NCBI GenBank assembly: GCA_052327205.1
Contig: CM126228.1
Location: 45,446,001 to 45,510,000 of the forward strand
Length of the DNA: 64,000 nt
Direction: 5' to 3'
Source of the DNA: Somniosus microcephalus
Lineage: Eukaryota
A model generated the notes under the pieces. It ran no database searches. It saw nothing but the letters and a program-made list of their open reading frames with translations, and was not told where the DNA came from. Both the position numbers and the translations under genes were made by a program. How positions within the stretch are numbered: the stretch's first letter is position 1; the number at the start of each line of letters is the position of its first letter. Shown one piece after another: positions 24,141-37,700 of this stretch.

Positions 24141-27100
24141 GAGTGGGGGGTTCGGACTCAGGGTGAAGGGGTGTCGGACTCGGGGTGGGGGTTCGGACTC
24201 GGGGTGGTGGGTCGGACTCGGGGTGGGGGGTCGGACTCGGGGTGGGGGGAATCGGACTCGGGGTGGTGGGGTCGGATTCGGGGTGGGAGGTCGGACTCGG
24301 GGTGAGGGTTCGGACTCGGGGTGGGGGGGTCGGACTCGGGGTGGGAGGTCGGACTCGGGGTGGGGGGGTCGGACTCGGGGTGAGGGGGTCGGACTCGGGG
24401 TGGGAGGTCAGACTCGGGGTGGGGGGGTCGGATTCGGGGTGGGAGGTCGGACTCGGGGTGAGGGTTCGGACTCGGGGTGAGGGTTCGGACTCGGGGTGGG
24501 GGGGTCGGACTCGGGGTGGGAGGTCGGACTCGGGGTGGGGGGGTCGGACTCGGGGTGGGAGGTCGGACTCGGGGTGGGGGGGGTCGGACTCAGGGTGGGG
24601 GTGTCGGACTCGGGGTGAGGGGGTCGGACTCGGGGTGGGAGGTCAGACTCGGGGTGGGGGTTCGGACTCGGGGTGAGGGGGTCGGACTCAGGGTGAGGGT
24701 CGGACGCGGGGTGGGGGGTTCGGACTCGGGGTGGGAGGTCGGACTCGGGGTGGGAGGTCGGACTCGGGGTGAGGGGATCGGACTCGGGTTGGGGGGGTTG
24801 GACTCGGGGTGGGAAGTCGGGCTCGGGGTGGGAGGTCGGGCTCGGGGTGGGAGGTCGGACTCGGGGTGAGGGGGTCGGACTCGGGGTGGGAGGTCGGGCT
24901 CGGGGTGGGAGGTCGGACTCGGGGTGAGGGGGTCGGACTCGGGGTGGTGGGGTCGGACTCGGGGTGAGGGGATCGGACTCGGGTTGGGGGGGTTGGACTC
25001 GGGGTGGGAGGTCAGACTCGGGGTGAGGGGGTCGGACTCGGGGTGGTGGGGTCGGACTCGGGGTGGTGGGGTCGGACTCGGGGTGGTGGGGTCGGACTCG
25101 GGGTGAGGGGGTCGGACTCGGGGTGAGGGGGTCGGACTCGGGGTGGGAGGTCGGACTCGGGGTGAGGGTTCGGACTCGGGGTGGGGGGGTCGGACTCGGG
25201 GTGGGAGGTCGGACTCGGGGTGGGGGGGTCGGATTCGGGGTGAGGGGGTCGGACTCTGGGTGGGAGGTTGGACTCGGGGTGGGGGTTCGGACTCGGGGTG
25301 AGGGGGTCGGACTCGGGGTGAGGGTCGGACTCGGGGTGGGGGGGTCGGACTCGGGGTGAGGGGGTCGGACTTGGGGTGGGAGGTCGGACTCGGGGTGGGA
25401 GGTCGGACTCGGGGTGAGGGGGTCGGACTCGGGGTGAGGGGGTCGGACTCGGGGTGAGGGGGTCGGACTCGGGGTGGGAGGTCGGACTCGGGGTGAGGGG
25501 GTCGGACTCGGGGTGGTGGGGTCGGACTCGGGGTGAGGGGATCGGACTCGGGGTGGTGGGGTCGGACTCGGGGTGAGGGGGTCGGACTCAGGGTGGTGGG
25601 GTCGGACTCGGGGTGGTGGGGTCGGACTCGGGGTGGGAGGTCGGACTCGGGGTGGTGGGGTCGGACTCGGGGTGGGGGTTCGGACTCGGGGTGGGAGGTC
25701 GGACTCGGGGTGGTGGGGTCGGACTCGGGGTGGGGGTTCGGACTCGGGGGTCGGACTCGGGGTGGTGGGGTCGGACTCGGGGTGGTGGGGTCAGACTCGG
25801 GGTGAGGGGGGTCGGACTCGGGGTGAGGGGGTCGGACTCGGGGTGGGGGTTCGGACTCGGAGAGGGTCGGACTCGGGAAGGTGGGGTCGGTCTCGGGGGG
25901 GGGTCGGACTCGGGGTGGGGGTTCGGACTCGGGGTGGGGGTACGGACGCGGGGGGGGGTCGGACTCGGGATGGTGGGGTCGGACTCGGGGGGTCGGACTC
26001 GGGGTGCGGGTTCGGACTCGGCGGGGGGGGTCGGACTCGGGGGGGGGGTCGGACTCGGGGGGGGTCGGACTCGGGGGGGGTCGGACTTGGGGGGGGGGGT
26101 CGGACTCGGGGTGGGGGTTCGGACTCGGGGTGGAGGGGTCGGATTCGGGGTGGTGGGGTCGGACTCGGGGGGGGGGGTCGGACTCGGGGTGGGGGTTCAG
26201 ACTCGGGGGGGGGTCGGACTCAGGGAGGGGGTCGGACTCGGGGGGGGGGGTCGGACTCGGGGTGGGGGTTCGGACTCGGGGTGGGGGGGGTCGGATTCGG
26301 GGTGGGGGGGTCGGACTCGGGATGGTGGGGTCAGACTCGGGGGGGGGTGTCGGACTTGGGGTGGTGGGTCAGACTCGTGGTGAGGGGCCGGACTCGTGGT
26401 GAGGGGCCGGACTCTGGGTGGGGGTGTCGGACTCGGGGTGGGGGGTCGGACTCGGAGTGGGGGGGTCAGACTCAGGGTGGCGGGGTCGGACTCGGGGTGA
26501 GGGGTCGGACTCAGGGTGAGGGGTTCGGACTTGGGGTGAGGGTTTCGGACCCGGGGTGGGGGGATCGGACTCGGGGTGAGGGGTCGGACTCGGAGTGGGG
26601 GGGTCAGACTCAGGGTGGCGGGGTCGGACTCGGGGTGAGGGGTTCGGACTCGGGGTGAGGGGTTCGGACTCGGGGTGAGGGGTTCGGACTCGGGGTGGTG
26701 GGTCGGACTCGTGGTGAGGGGCCGGACTCTGGGTGGGGGTGTCGGACTCGGGGTGGGGGGTCGGACTCGGAGTGGGGGGGTCAGACTCAGGGTGGCGGGG
26801 TCGGACTCGGGGTGAGGGGTTCGGACTCGGGGTGGGGGGGTCGGACTCAGGGTGGGGGGGTCGGACTCGGGGTGAGGGGTCGGACTCGGGGTGAGGGGTT
26901 CGGACTCGGGGTGAGGGGATCGGACTCGGGGTGAGGGGTTCGGACTCGGGGTGGGAGGTCGGACTCAGGGTGAGGGGTCGGACTCAGGGTGGGGGGGTTG
27001 GACTCGGGGTGAGGGGATCGGACTCGGGGTGAGGGGTCAGACTCAGGGTGGGGGGGTCGGACTCGGGGTGAGGGGTCGGACTCGGGGTGAGGGGTTCGGA

Positions 27101-28470
27101 CTCGGGGTGAGGGGTTCGGACTCGGGGTGAGGGGTCAGACTCGGGGTGGGGGGGTCGGACTCTGGGTGAGGGGTCGGACTCGGGGTGAGGGGTTCGGACT
27201 CGGGGTGGGGGGGTCGGACTCGGGGTGGGGGTTCGGACTCGGGGTGGGGGGTTCGGACTCGGGGTGGGGGGGTCGGACTCGGGGTGGGGGTTCGGACTCG
27301 GAGTGGGGGGGTCAGACTCAGGGTGGCGGGGTCGGACTCGGGGTGGGGGGGTCGGAATCGGGGTGGGGGGGTCGGACTCGGGGTGGGGGTTCGGACTCGG
27401 TGGGGGTTCGGACTCGGGGGGGGGTCGGACTCGGGATGGTGGGGTCGGACTCGGGGGGTCGGACTCGGGGTGGGGGTTCGGACTCGGGGGGTTTCGGACT
27501 CGGGGTGAGGGGGTCGGACTCGGGGTGAGGGGTTCGGACTCGGGGTGGGGGTTCGGACTCGGGGGGGGGTGGGGGTTTGGACTCGGGATGGTGGGGTCAG
27601 ACTCCGGGGGGGTCGGACTCGGGGTGGGGGTTCGGACTTGGGGGGGTTCGGACTCGGGGTGAGGGGGTCGGACTCGGGGTGAGTGGTCGGACTCAGGGTG
27701 GGGGGGTCGGACTCGGGGTGAGGGGTTCGGACTCGGAGTGAGGGGTCGGACTCGGGGTGGGGGGATCGGACTCGGGGTGAGGGGGGTGTCGGGCTTGGGG
27801 TGGGGGGGTCGGACTCGGTGTGGTGGGGTCGGACTCGGGGTGAGGGGTCGGACTCAGGGTGGGGGGGTTGGACTCAGGGTGGGGGGGCCGGACTCGGGGT
27901 GAGGGGTCGGACTCTGGGTGAGGGGTTTGGACTCGGGGTGGGGGGGTCGGACTCGGGGTGAGGGGTTCGGACTCGGGGTGAGGGGTCGGACTCGGGGTGA
28001 GGGGTTCGGACTCGGGGTGGGGGGGTCGGACTTGGGGTGAGGGGTTCGGACTCGGGGTGAGGGGTCGGACTCGGGGTGAGGGGTTCGGACTCAGGGTGAG
28101 GGGTCGGACTCGGCGTGGGGGAGTCGGACTCGGGGTGGGGGGATCGGACTCGGGGTGGGGGGGTTGGACTCGGGGTGGGGGGGTCGGACTTGGGGTGAGG
28201 GGTCGGACTCGGGGTGAGGGGGGTGGCGGGCTTGGGTTGAGGGGTCGGACTCGGCGTGGGGGGGTCGGACTCGGGGTGAGCGGGGTGGCGGGCTTGGGTT
28301 GAGGGGTCGGACTCGGCGTGGGGGGATCGGACTCGGGGTGGGGGGGTCGGACTTGGGGTGAGGGGTCGGACTCGGGGTGAGGGGGGTGGCAGGCTTGGGT
28401 TGAGGGGTCGGACTCGGCGTGGGGGGGTCGGACTCGGGGTGAGGGGGGTGTCGGGCTTGGGGTTGGGGGA
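24141..28470. repeat. G-rich minisatellite, ~4.3 kb, ~19-21-bp unit GTCGGACTCGGGGTG(A/G)GGG(G), roughly 200 copies
   Basis: Visible directly; copy number estimated from length divided by unit size. Confidence 0.97.
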
Positions 28471-29109
28471 TCGGTTCAATTTGCTTCAGACTCAGAGGTC
28501 AGTGCACTGCTCACTGAGACAAGCCAACACCCAGGAGTCAAATGCTGGAGATAAAACACTTTCAAACTTAAGTCACTTTAGTGACTTTGGTCCCAGTTTG
28601 ATTCAAAACTGATTTGGCATGGGTCTGGGTGGATAGATCTAAAATTGTAGCATAGCATGATTTAATTGGGGAACAAGGACTGGATTGAATAGCACTGCGC
28701 TCTGTTAGTGATGTGGCTCAGCACCACAGTCAGAACTTGTGCTCGATTGTCCGTAAAGAAACCCTTGAAATGTTATTTTTGTTTTGGAGTTTCCCCTGAG
28801 ATGGCAATCCTTTTGAAGCCCCTCACATAATGATGATCATCAACAATGTAATATTCATCAGCTTGATGTTAAATAATAATTTATTCTGAATGTCTTGTCA
28901 AAGAGCTGAATTTGTAGTTCGAGCAAGGCTAACTGATGAACTGGTGCAGGACTGTACTGGCGACTGTCAGCATGAACTCAAACCAAGGAGGCTCCTCTGG
29001 GATCGACTGTCAAAAAAATCAAACAAATGTGCCTTCGGACCGTGCAAGAATCTATTCACCTTGTGGTAGAGAGCTCGACATGAGAACAATTTGCATCTGT
29101 ATATTTTGT

Positions 29110-29282
29110 AAACACATGAGGGAGAAAGGAATAGAAAGATATGCTGACAGGGTGAGATGGGATTTAATACAGAGAAGTGTGAGGTGATACATTTTGGCAG
29201 AAGGAACAGGGAGAGGCAATATACACTTAATGGCACAGTTTTAAAGAGTGTGGAGGGACAGAGGGACCTGGGAGTTAAATCT
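29110..29282 (+). mobile_element. CR1 fragment inverted relative to 29618-29730
   Basis: FNTEKCEVIHFGRRNRERQYTLNG, nearly identical to the minus-strand copy. Confidence 0.8.
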
Positions 29283-31572
29283 CAGGCATGTTTATGTCAT
29301 AGAGTATTACAGCACAGAAGGAGGCCATTTGGCCCATCAAGTCGGTGCCGGCTCTCTGTAGAGCAATCCAGTCAGTCCCATTCCCCGCTCTATCCCCGTA
29401 GCCCTGCAAGTTTATTTCCCTCAAGTGCCTATCCAGTCTCCCCCTGAAAACATTGAGTGTCTCCGCTTCCACCACTTCCGTTGGCAGCGATTTATAAAGG
29501 TTCAGCATAGCTTCTCTACTTTTGTACTCAATACCACTATTTATGAAGCCCAAGATCCCATATGCTTTGTTAACCACTCTCTCAATATGTCCTGCCATCT
29601 TCAGGGACCTATGCACATTAACTCCCAGGTCCCTGCATACTCTTTAAAACTGTGCCATTAAGTGCATATTGCCTCTCCCAGTTCCTTCTGCCAAAATGCA
29701 TCACCTCACACTTCTCTGTATTAAATTCCATCTGCCACTTGTCTGCCCATTCTGCCAGCCTTTCTATGTCCTGTTGCAGTCGATTGGTATCATCTTCACT
29801 GTTTGCCACACCCCCAAGTTTGGTGTCATCGGCAAATTTAGAAATTCTACTCTGTATTCCAATATCCAGGTCATTTATATACATCAAAAAAAGCAGTGGC
29901 CCCAGCACTGACCCTTGGGGAACACCACTGTCTACCATCCTCCAGTCTGAAAAATAGCCATTTACCACAACTCGCTGTTTTCTGTCTTTAAGCCAATTCC
30001 TTATCCAAGCTGCCACTGACCCACCTATTCCATGAGCCTCAATTTTGTTAACCAGCCTTCTATGTGGTACTTTGTCAAATGCCTTCTGAAAATCCATGTA
30101 GACAACATCCATTGCATTCCCTTCATCAATCCTCTCTGTTACTTCATCAAAAAATTCAATTAGATTAGTCAAACACAAAATGCCTTTTACAAATCCGTGT
30201 TGGCTCTCCTTAACTAGCTTAAACCTCTCCAAGTGCCTGTTAATTTTTTCCTTGATTATTGTTTCTAAAGCTTTACCCACCACTGATGTCAAACTGTAGC
30301 ATGTAGTTACTAGGATTGTCCTTACACACTTTCATGAACAATAGTATCACATTTACCACTTTCCAATCCTCAGGCACATCCCCCTCATCTAGGGAAGAGT
30401 GGAAAATTATGGCAAACCCTTCCGCTATCTCCTCCTCCAATTCCCTTAGCAACCTGGGATGCAAGCCATCTGGACCAAGCAACTTGTCCATTCTAAGCAT
30501 ACCCAGTCTTTCTAGTACATTCTGTCTATCATCCCTTCCATTGCTTCTACCTTTTCCACTTCTACTGATATTTTGTCAGCATTCACCTCCTTATTAAACA
30601 CCGATACAAAGTACTCATTGAGTATTCTAGCTTTGCCCTGCGACCCTAAGCATATATCACCTTCTTTGTCTCTAATAGGCCCCACCCCACCTCTTACTAC
30701 CTGCTTACTGTTTACATGCTGGTGGAAGATTTTTGGGATCCTTTTTATGTTAATTGCCATTCTACTATCATATTCTCTCTTTGCCAATCTTATTTTCATC
30801 TTCACTTCCCCTCTCAACTTATTGTATTTGGACTGGTTCTCCCTTGAAGAATTTACCTGACATGCATCATACACCCTCTTTTTTTGTTTCATCACCTTCT
30901 CTATCTCCCTCGTCATCCAAGGAGCCCTTGCTTTGGTTCCCTTGCCCTTCCCCCTTGTTGGAATGTACCTAGCCTGTACTTGGAACATCGTCTCCTTAAA
31001 GATCACCCATTGTTCCGTTACAGTTTCTCCTGTCAGTTTTTGGTTCCATTTAATCCTGGCTAGATCTTTTCGCTTCCCATTGAAGTTAGCCCTATTCCAG
31101 TTTAGAAGTCCCACTGTAGATTGTTCCTTGCTCCTCTCCATTGCTAATCTAATCTTATGGTACAATGATCACTTGTACCCAAGTGTTCTCCCACAGACAC
31201 TTGGTCGACCTGGCCCACCTCATTCCCCAGCACCAGATCCAGCAAAGCCTCCTTCCTAGTTAGGCCAAGAACATATTGGTCAAGGAAATTCTCCTGAACA
31301 CATTTCAGAAATTCCTCCCCCTCCTTTCCCTTTGCCCTAGCATTATCCCAATCGATATTTGGGTAATTAAAGTCCCCCAATATCACCACTCTATAGCTCT
31401 TGCATATCTCTGCGATTTCCCTGCAGATTTTCCCCTCTACCTCCCTCTCACTATTTGGAGGCCAATAGAATACCCCCAATAGCGTGATCATACCCTTTTT
31501 GCTCCTCAACTCTAGCCAAATGGATTCTGCCCTTGTCCCCTCAAGAACATCCTCCCTTTCCAACACTACAAT

Positions 31573-32268
31573 GGCCCAGAACTTGGTGTCGGGGGCTTGC
31601 CGCGCGTGCAAGCCCCCGATGTGTCGACATCTGAAACCTGGCCCGCAGTGGATTTCCTGTCAGTGGCCCGGTTCTGATGTCAGCGCGCAGTGCTAACCTG
31701 ATCCACTAGTTAGTGCGATGTGCCGGCTGGGATCAGGTGAGCACTGTTCAGCCAATCAGGGGAGGGGAAACTTCATTCATAAGTTTGAGAGTAAGAACTG
31801 TCAAACTCATGAAAAGTACTGCACCCCAAAACACTACTTAAACTTTAAATAAAATTTTTTAAAACATCCCAATCATTAAATTAAGTATAAATAAGTTTAA
31901 AAAAATAATTTAAACAATTTTTTTTTTTGAAAAAAATAAATTTTTAATAAAAAGGGTCTAAAACTAAACTTACCTTATTGTAGATTCTTTAAAATAATAA
32001 ACCTGTGGAAAAAAAAATTCTAAATTGCACTAAAACACCACTTACCTGTAAAAATAAATACTTACGTGTGCTTTTTACAAGCGTAAAGACCGGAGGCCTT
32101 TACACATGCGCAAATCCCCCAAAACAGAGGAAATCCAAGACGCACGCGCTGCCCCCTACAGCGCACGTGCTAGCCTCTTCACCTCTTGGGTTAGAGGAGA
32201 GAAAATGCCGGTTTTCAGCGCATGCCACCCCTTCCGTACTCACGCGTTTGGGGAGGAATTACTGCCCC
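31573..32268. mobile_element. Non-autonomous Harbinger-type DNA element (MITE), 696 bp
   Basis: 3-bp TSD AAT; imperfect TIRs GGCCCAGAACTT / AATTACTGCCCC; the CR1 sequence rejoins cleanly when it is removed. Confidence 0.7.
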
Positions 32269-33415
32269 AATGTCTTCTTTAATCAGCACCTCCCTTTTTT
32301 CCTTCCCTATCTTTTCTGAACACCTTGTACCCTTAAATATTAAGTGCCCAGTCCTCACCGCTTTTAAGCCACGTTTCCGTTATTGCCATAACATCATATT
32401 GCCACACGGCTAATTGTGCTTGTAGCTCACCAACCTTATTCACCACACTTTGTGCGTTTACATACATGCATTCTAAACCAATTTTTGAATTTTTCGTAGT
32501 CTTTCTTAGTCTGCTCCTATCTAATATGGTACTGCTTCCGCCTCTAGTACTACTTTCTTCTCTAGTACTATCCAACACTCTCACTCTTTTATGAACCTCA
32601 TTTCTCTTTTCCGCTCCTATATGCTGGTGCCCATCCCCCTGCCAAGCTAGTTTAAACCCCACCCCCCCCCCCGCCCCAATAGCACTAGCAAACCTCCCTA
32701 CGAGAATATTGGTCCCGGCTCTGTTGAGGTGTAACCCGTCCGGCTTGTACAGGTCCCACTTTCCCCAGAAATGGTCCCAATGCCTCAGGAATCTAAAGCC
32801 CTCCCTCCTGCACCATCTCTCCAGCCACACATTCATCTGTTCTATCCTCCTATTCCTGTACTCACTAGCATGTGGCACCAGGAGTAATCCAGCGGTTACT
32901 ACCTTTGAGTTCCTGCTTTTTAACCTCTTTCCTAGCTCCCTAAACTCTGCCAACAGGACCTCATCCCTCTTTCTGCCCATGTAATTGGTACCGATATGGA
33001 CAACGACCTCTGGCTGTTCATCCTCCCCCCTCAGAGTGACCTGCAGCCACTCAGTGACATCCTTGATCCTGGCACCAGGGAGGCAACATACCATCATGGA
33101 GTCACGTCTGCGGCCACAGAAATGCCTGTCTGCTCCCCATACTATCGAAATCCCTATCACTATTGCTCTTCCACTCTTTTTCCTTCCCCCCGCCCCCCCC
33201 CCCCCCGCCACCACATGCAGCTGAGCCACCCGTGGTGCCGTGGACTTGGCTCTGGCTGCACTCCCCAGAGGAACCATCGCCCCCACCAGTACTCAGAACA
33301 GAATACTGGTTGGAAAGCGAGATGCACTCTTGGGACTCCTGCACTATCTGCCTGGTCCTCCTCTTCTGTTTGGCGGTCACCCATTCCCTCTCTGGCTGCA
33401 TACTCTTAAGATGCA

Positions 33416-33737
33416 GGGGGGCACGGTGGCATAGTGGTTAGCACTATTGCCTCACAGCACCAGGGACCCGGGTTCAAATCTGGCCTCGGGCGACTGTCTG
33501 TGTGGAGTTTGCACATTCTCCCTGTGTCTGCGTGGGTTTCCTCCGGGTGCTCAGGTTTCCTCCCACAGTCCAAAGATGTGCAGGTTAGGTTGATTTGGCT
33601 ATGATAAATTGACCCTTAGTGTTAGGGGATTAAATACATGGGGACGGGGATAGGGTGGGATATGTGTCGGTGCAGGCTCGATGGGCCGAAATGGCCTCTA
33701 TCTGCACTGTAGATTCTGTGAACTGTGAACTGTGAAC
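33416..33737 (+). mobile_element. HE1-type V-SINE inserted in CR1 ORF1
   Basis: tRNA head GGCACGGTGGCATAGTGGTTAGCAC, V-domain GTGGGTTTCCTCCGGGTGCTC..TTTCCTCCCACAGTCCAAAGA, CR1-like tail and (TGTGAAC)n end. Confidence 0.88.
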
Positions 33738-34429
33738 TGACCACCTCTAGAAACGTGCTATCCACGTAGCTCTCAGCCTCGCGGATGCACCGCAGTGACT
33801 CCAGCCGCCGCTCCAGCTCTGAAACACGGATCTCAAGCTGCCGCAGCTGTTGACACTTCCTGTACATGTGGTTGGTCAGGCTACGCAAAGCATCCAGGAC
33901 TTCCCACATGGCACAGGATGTGCACTCCATGGGGCTGAGCTGCCCTGACATGCCTCTATTTAATAGACTAAGAACTAACCCAGCAGAAATAAACTTAAAT
34001 GAAAAAAAAACTCACCAGCTACTCACCAATCAGCTCCTTCCCTTGTGCCGACATCACTTTTTCTACTCTGACGTCACTCTTTTGAATTTTGCTTCTGTTG
34101 AATTGCTGCCTCTCTCGATCTGCTCCCGCTCTGGTCTCGCCCAGGTCCGCTGCCTCCTCCCAAATAATTCTGCTGTCCTGTGACGTCACACCTTATTTGT
34201 TTGAACTCCTGGATTTTTTTCCTCTCTGCTCCGGCTCCCGGCTAGGTCCGCCCCTCCTCGGCTGCTCGCATGTCGCTCTGTGACCAACAGCAGATTCTGG
34301 GTTTTATGCTGAAACCCCTATTATATTGGAGCACCATTTATGTAGCAGTGAGAACAGGGACACCGAATAGTGTTGCAAAGCTCTGTGTGAGCATGCGCAA
34401 ATGATGCATGCATTGCTCCTGAACATTTG

Positions 34430-34720
34430 GGGATGTTTTTGTTAGAATAGAGGAGATTAAGGGGTGATTTGATGAAGGTTTTTAAAATTAGTAACAGAGT
34501 AGATAGAAACAGATTGGTTCAAATGGTTGAAGGGTCTAGAATGAGCAGACATAGATATAAGATTAAATGTAAGAGATTTAGGACCAAGCAGGGGAACCTT
34601 TTATTTAACAGAGGATTGTGAGGCTGTGGAATACACGACCACAGTTAATGGTTAAAGCAGAGACCATGTCAACATTTAAGAATAGGTTAGATAGGAAAGG
34701 GGGATAAAGGGATGTATGTA
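34430..34720 (+). mobile_element. Old CR1 3' fragment
   Basis: Degraded AGGAGATTAAGGGGTGATTTGAT...TTTAAAATT (RRLRGDL..VFKI) region. Confidence 0.6.
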
Positions 34721-34729
34721 AAAAGGAAG

Positions 34730-37700
34730 AGAGTCATAGAGTCATAGAGTCATAGAGTTATACAGCACGGATAGAGGCCCTTCGGCCCATCGTGTCCACG
34801 CCGGCCATCACGCCCTGTCTAATCTAATCCCATATTCCAGCATTTGGTCCGTAGCCTTGTATGCTATGGCATCTCAAGTGCTCATCCAAATGCTTCTTGA
34901 ATGTTGTGAGGGTTCCAGCTTCCACAACCCTTTCGGGCAGTGAGTTCCAGACTCCAACCACCCTCTGGGTGAAAAAGTTCTTTCTCAAATCCCCTCTAAA
35001 CCTCCCGCCCTTTACCTTGAATCTATGCCCCCTAGTTATTGACCCTTCTACTAAGGGAAAAAGCTCCTTAGTATCAATCCTCTCTATGCCCCTCATAATT
35101 TTGTACACCTCAATCATGTCCCCCCTCAGCCTCCTCTGCTCCAAGGAAAACAAACCCAATCTGCCCAGTCTCTCTTCATAGCTGAAGCGTTCCAGCCCTG
35201 GTAGCATCCTGGTGAATCTCCTCTGCACCCTCTCCAAAGCTATCACATCCTTCCTGTAGTGTGGCGACCAGAACTGCACACAGTATTCCAGCTGTGGCCT
35301 AACCAGTGTTTTATACAGCTCCATCATAACCTCCTTGCTCTTATATTCTATGCCTCGGCTAATGAAGGCAAGTATCCCATATGCCTTTTTTACCACCTTA
35401 TCCACCTGTTCCGCCGCCTTCAGGGATCTGTGTACTTGCACACCCAGATCCCTCTGACCCTCCGTCTTGCCTAGGGTCTTACCATTCATTGTGTATTCCC
35501 TTGCCTTGTTAGTCCCCCCAAAGTGCATCACCTCGCACTTTTCCGGGTTAAATTCCATTTGCCACTGTTCCGCCCATCTGACCAACCCATCGATATCATC
35601 CTGCAGACTGAGACTACCCTCCTCGCTATTTACCACCCTACCAATTTTTGTATCATCCGCGAACTTACTGATCATACCTTTTACATTCATATCCAAGTCA
35701 TTAATATAGACCACAAACAGCAAGGGACCCAGCACCGATCCCTGTGGTACCCCACTGGCCACAGGCTTCCAGTCACAAAAACAACCTTCGACCATCACCC
35801 TCTGCCTTCTGCCACTAAGCCAGTTTTTTATCCAACGTGCCAAGGCACCCTGGATTCCATGGGCTCTTACCTTCTTGACCAGTCTCCTGTGCAGGACTTT
35901 ATCGAAGGCCTTACTGAAATCCATATATACCACATCCACTGCATTGCCCTCATCCACACACCTAGTCACCCCCTCAAAAAATTCAATCAAATTAGTCAGA
36001 CATGATCTTCCCTTGACAAAGCCATGTTGACTATCCCTGATTAATCCTTGCCTCTCCAAGTGGAGACTGATTTTGTCCCTTAGAATTTTTTCCAATAATT
36101 TTCCCACCACTGATGTTAGGCTCACTGGCCTGTAGTTCCCCGGTTTTTCCCTACTCCCCTTCTTGAATAATGGAACTACATTAGCGGTTCTCCAGTCCTC
36201 TGGCACATCCCCTGTGGCCAGAGAGGTTCTGAATATGTGTGTTAGAGCCCCCGCAATCTCTTCCTTTGCCTCACACAGCAGCCTGGGATACATTTCGTCC
36301 GGGCCTGGGGATTTATCCATTTTTAGGCCTGCTAAAACCGCCAATACCTCCTCCCTCTCAATGTTAATGTGTTCGAGCATTTCACAGTCCCCCCGCCCTA
36401 TTTCTATGTCTACATCGTCCCTCTCCATAGTGAAAACAGATGCAAAAAATTCATTTAGAACCCCTCCTACATCTTCCGGCTCCACACACAGATTGCCACT
36501 TTTGTCCCTAATGGGCCCTATTTTTTCCCTAGTTATCCTCTTACCCTTAATATACTTATAAAACATCTTAGGATTTTCCTTTATTTTGCTCGCCAGTGTT
36601 ATTTCATGGCCCCTCCTTGATCTCCTAATTTCTTTTTTAAGTATCCCCCTGCACTTTTTGTACTCCTCTAGGGCTCCCTCCGTCTTTAGCCTTTTGTATC
36701 TGCCAAAAGCCCTCCTTTTTTTCCTAATCCATTCTCGTATATCCCCTGACATCCAAGGTTCCCTGTGGTTTTTGGAACCACCCTTGACCTTTACGGGAAC
36801 ATGTTGCCATTGTATGATCTCAATCTCCTTTCTGAAAGCCTCCCATTGCTCCGATGCGGATTTTCCTACAAGTAGCTGATCCCAGTCCATTTTGGCCAGA
36901 TCCTGCCTTATCCTATTAAAATCGGCCTGCCCCCAATTTAGAACCTTTATTTCCGGCCCATCCCTGTCCTTTTCCATGACCACCTTAAATCTCACCATAT
37001 TATGGTCACTGTCACCAAAGTGCTCACCTACTAGCACTTCTTCCACTTGGCCGGCCACATTCCCTAGAATTAGATCCAGTACCGCCCCCTCTCTTGTAGG
37101 ACCTTCTACATGCTGGCTCAAAAAGCTCTCCTGGATGCACTTTAAGAATTCTACACCCTCTGTGCCTTTCACACTCTGACTATCCCAGTTAATATTGGGG
37201 AAGTTGAAATCCCCCATTATTATTACCCTATTATTTGCACATTTCTCTGAGATTTGCCTACATATCTGTTCCTCTATCTCCCCCTGACTGTTTGGAGGCC
37301 TATAGTACACTCCCAGCAAAGTGCTTGCCCCCTTCTTGTTTTTAAGCTCCACCCATATGGCCTCATTAGAGGAACCTGCTAATATGTCATCCCTCCTTAC
37401 TGCAGTAATTGACTCGTAAATTAATATTGCTACACCCCCTCCTCTTTTACCCCCCCCTCTGTCTCGCCTGAAGATTCTGTACCCCGGAATATTGAGCTGC
37501 CAGTCTTACCCCTCCCTCAACCATGTCTCCGTGATAGCAACAATATCATACTCCCATGTGTTTATCAACACCTTCAGTTCATCCACCTTATTTGCAAGAC
37601 TCCTTGCATTAAAATAGATGCCATCCAGCCTTGCCCTTGTATATTTGCCCTGTCTACCAAGCTGACTTGTTTTTTTCTCGATAATTGGCAGCACATCACC

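Larger units (their letters stand above)
29297..34290 (-). mobile_element. Near full-length degraded CR1 (5' UTR, ORF1 with SGNH esterase, ORF2 APE-RT, 3' tail), interrupted by a MITE and a SINE
   Basis: ORF1 VVVHIGTN...DGLHLN and N-terminal CxxC motifs; APE GDFNYPNIDW; RT motifs; two TGACGTCA motifs in the 5' region (34069, 34181). Confidence 0.9.

Noticed and set aside
24163-28479. Many Gly/Arg-rich ORFs
   Set aside because: Translations of the minisatellite; no splice or start context.
33416-33490. tRNA genes here and at 661, 6849 and 23033
   Set aside because: These are SINE heads that continue into SINE bodies.
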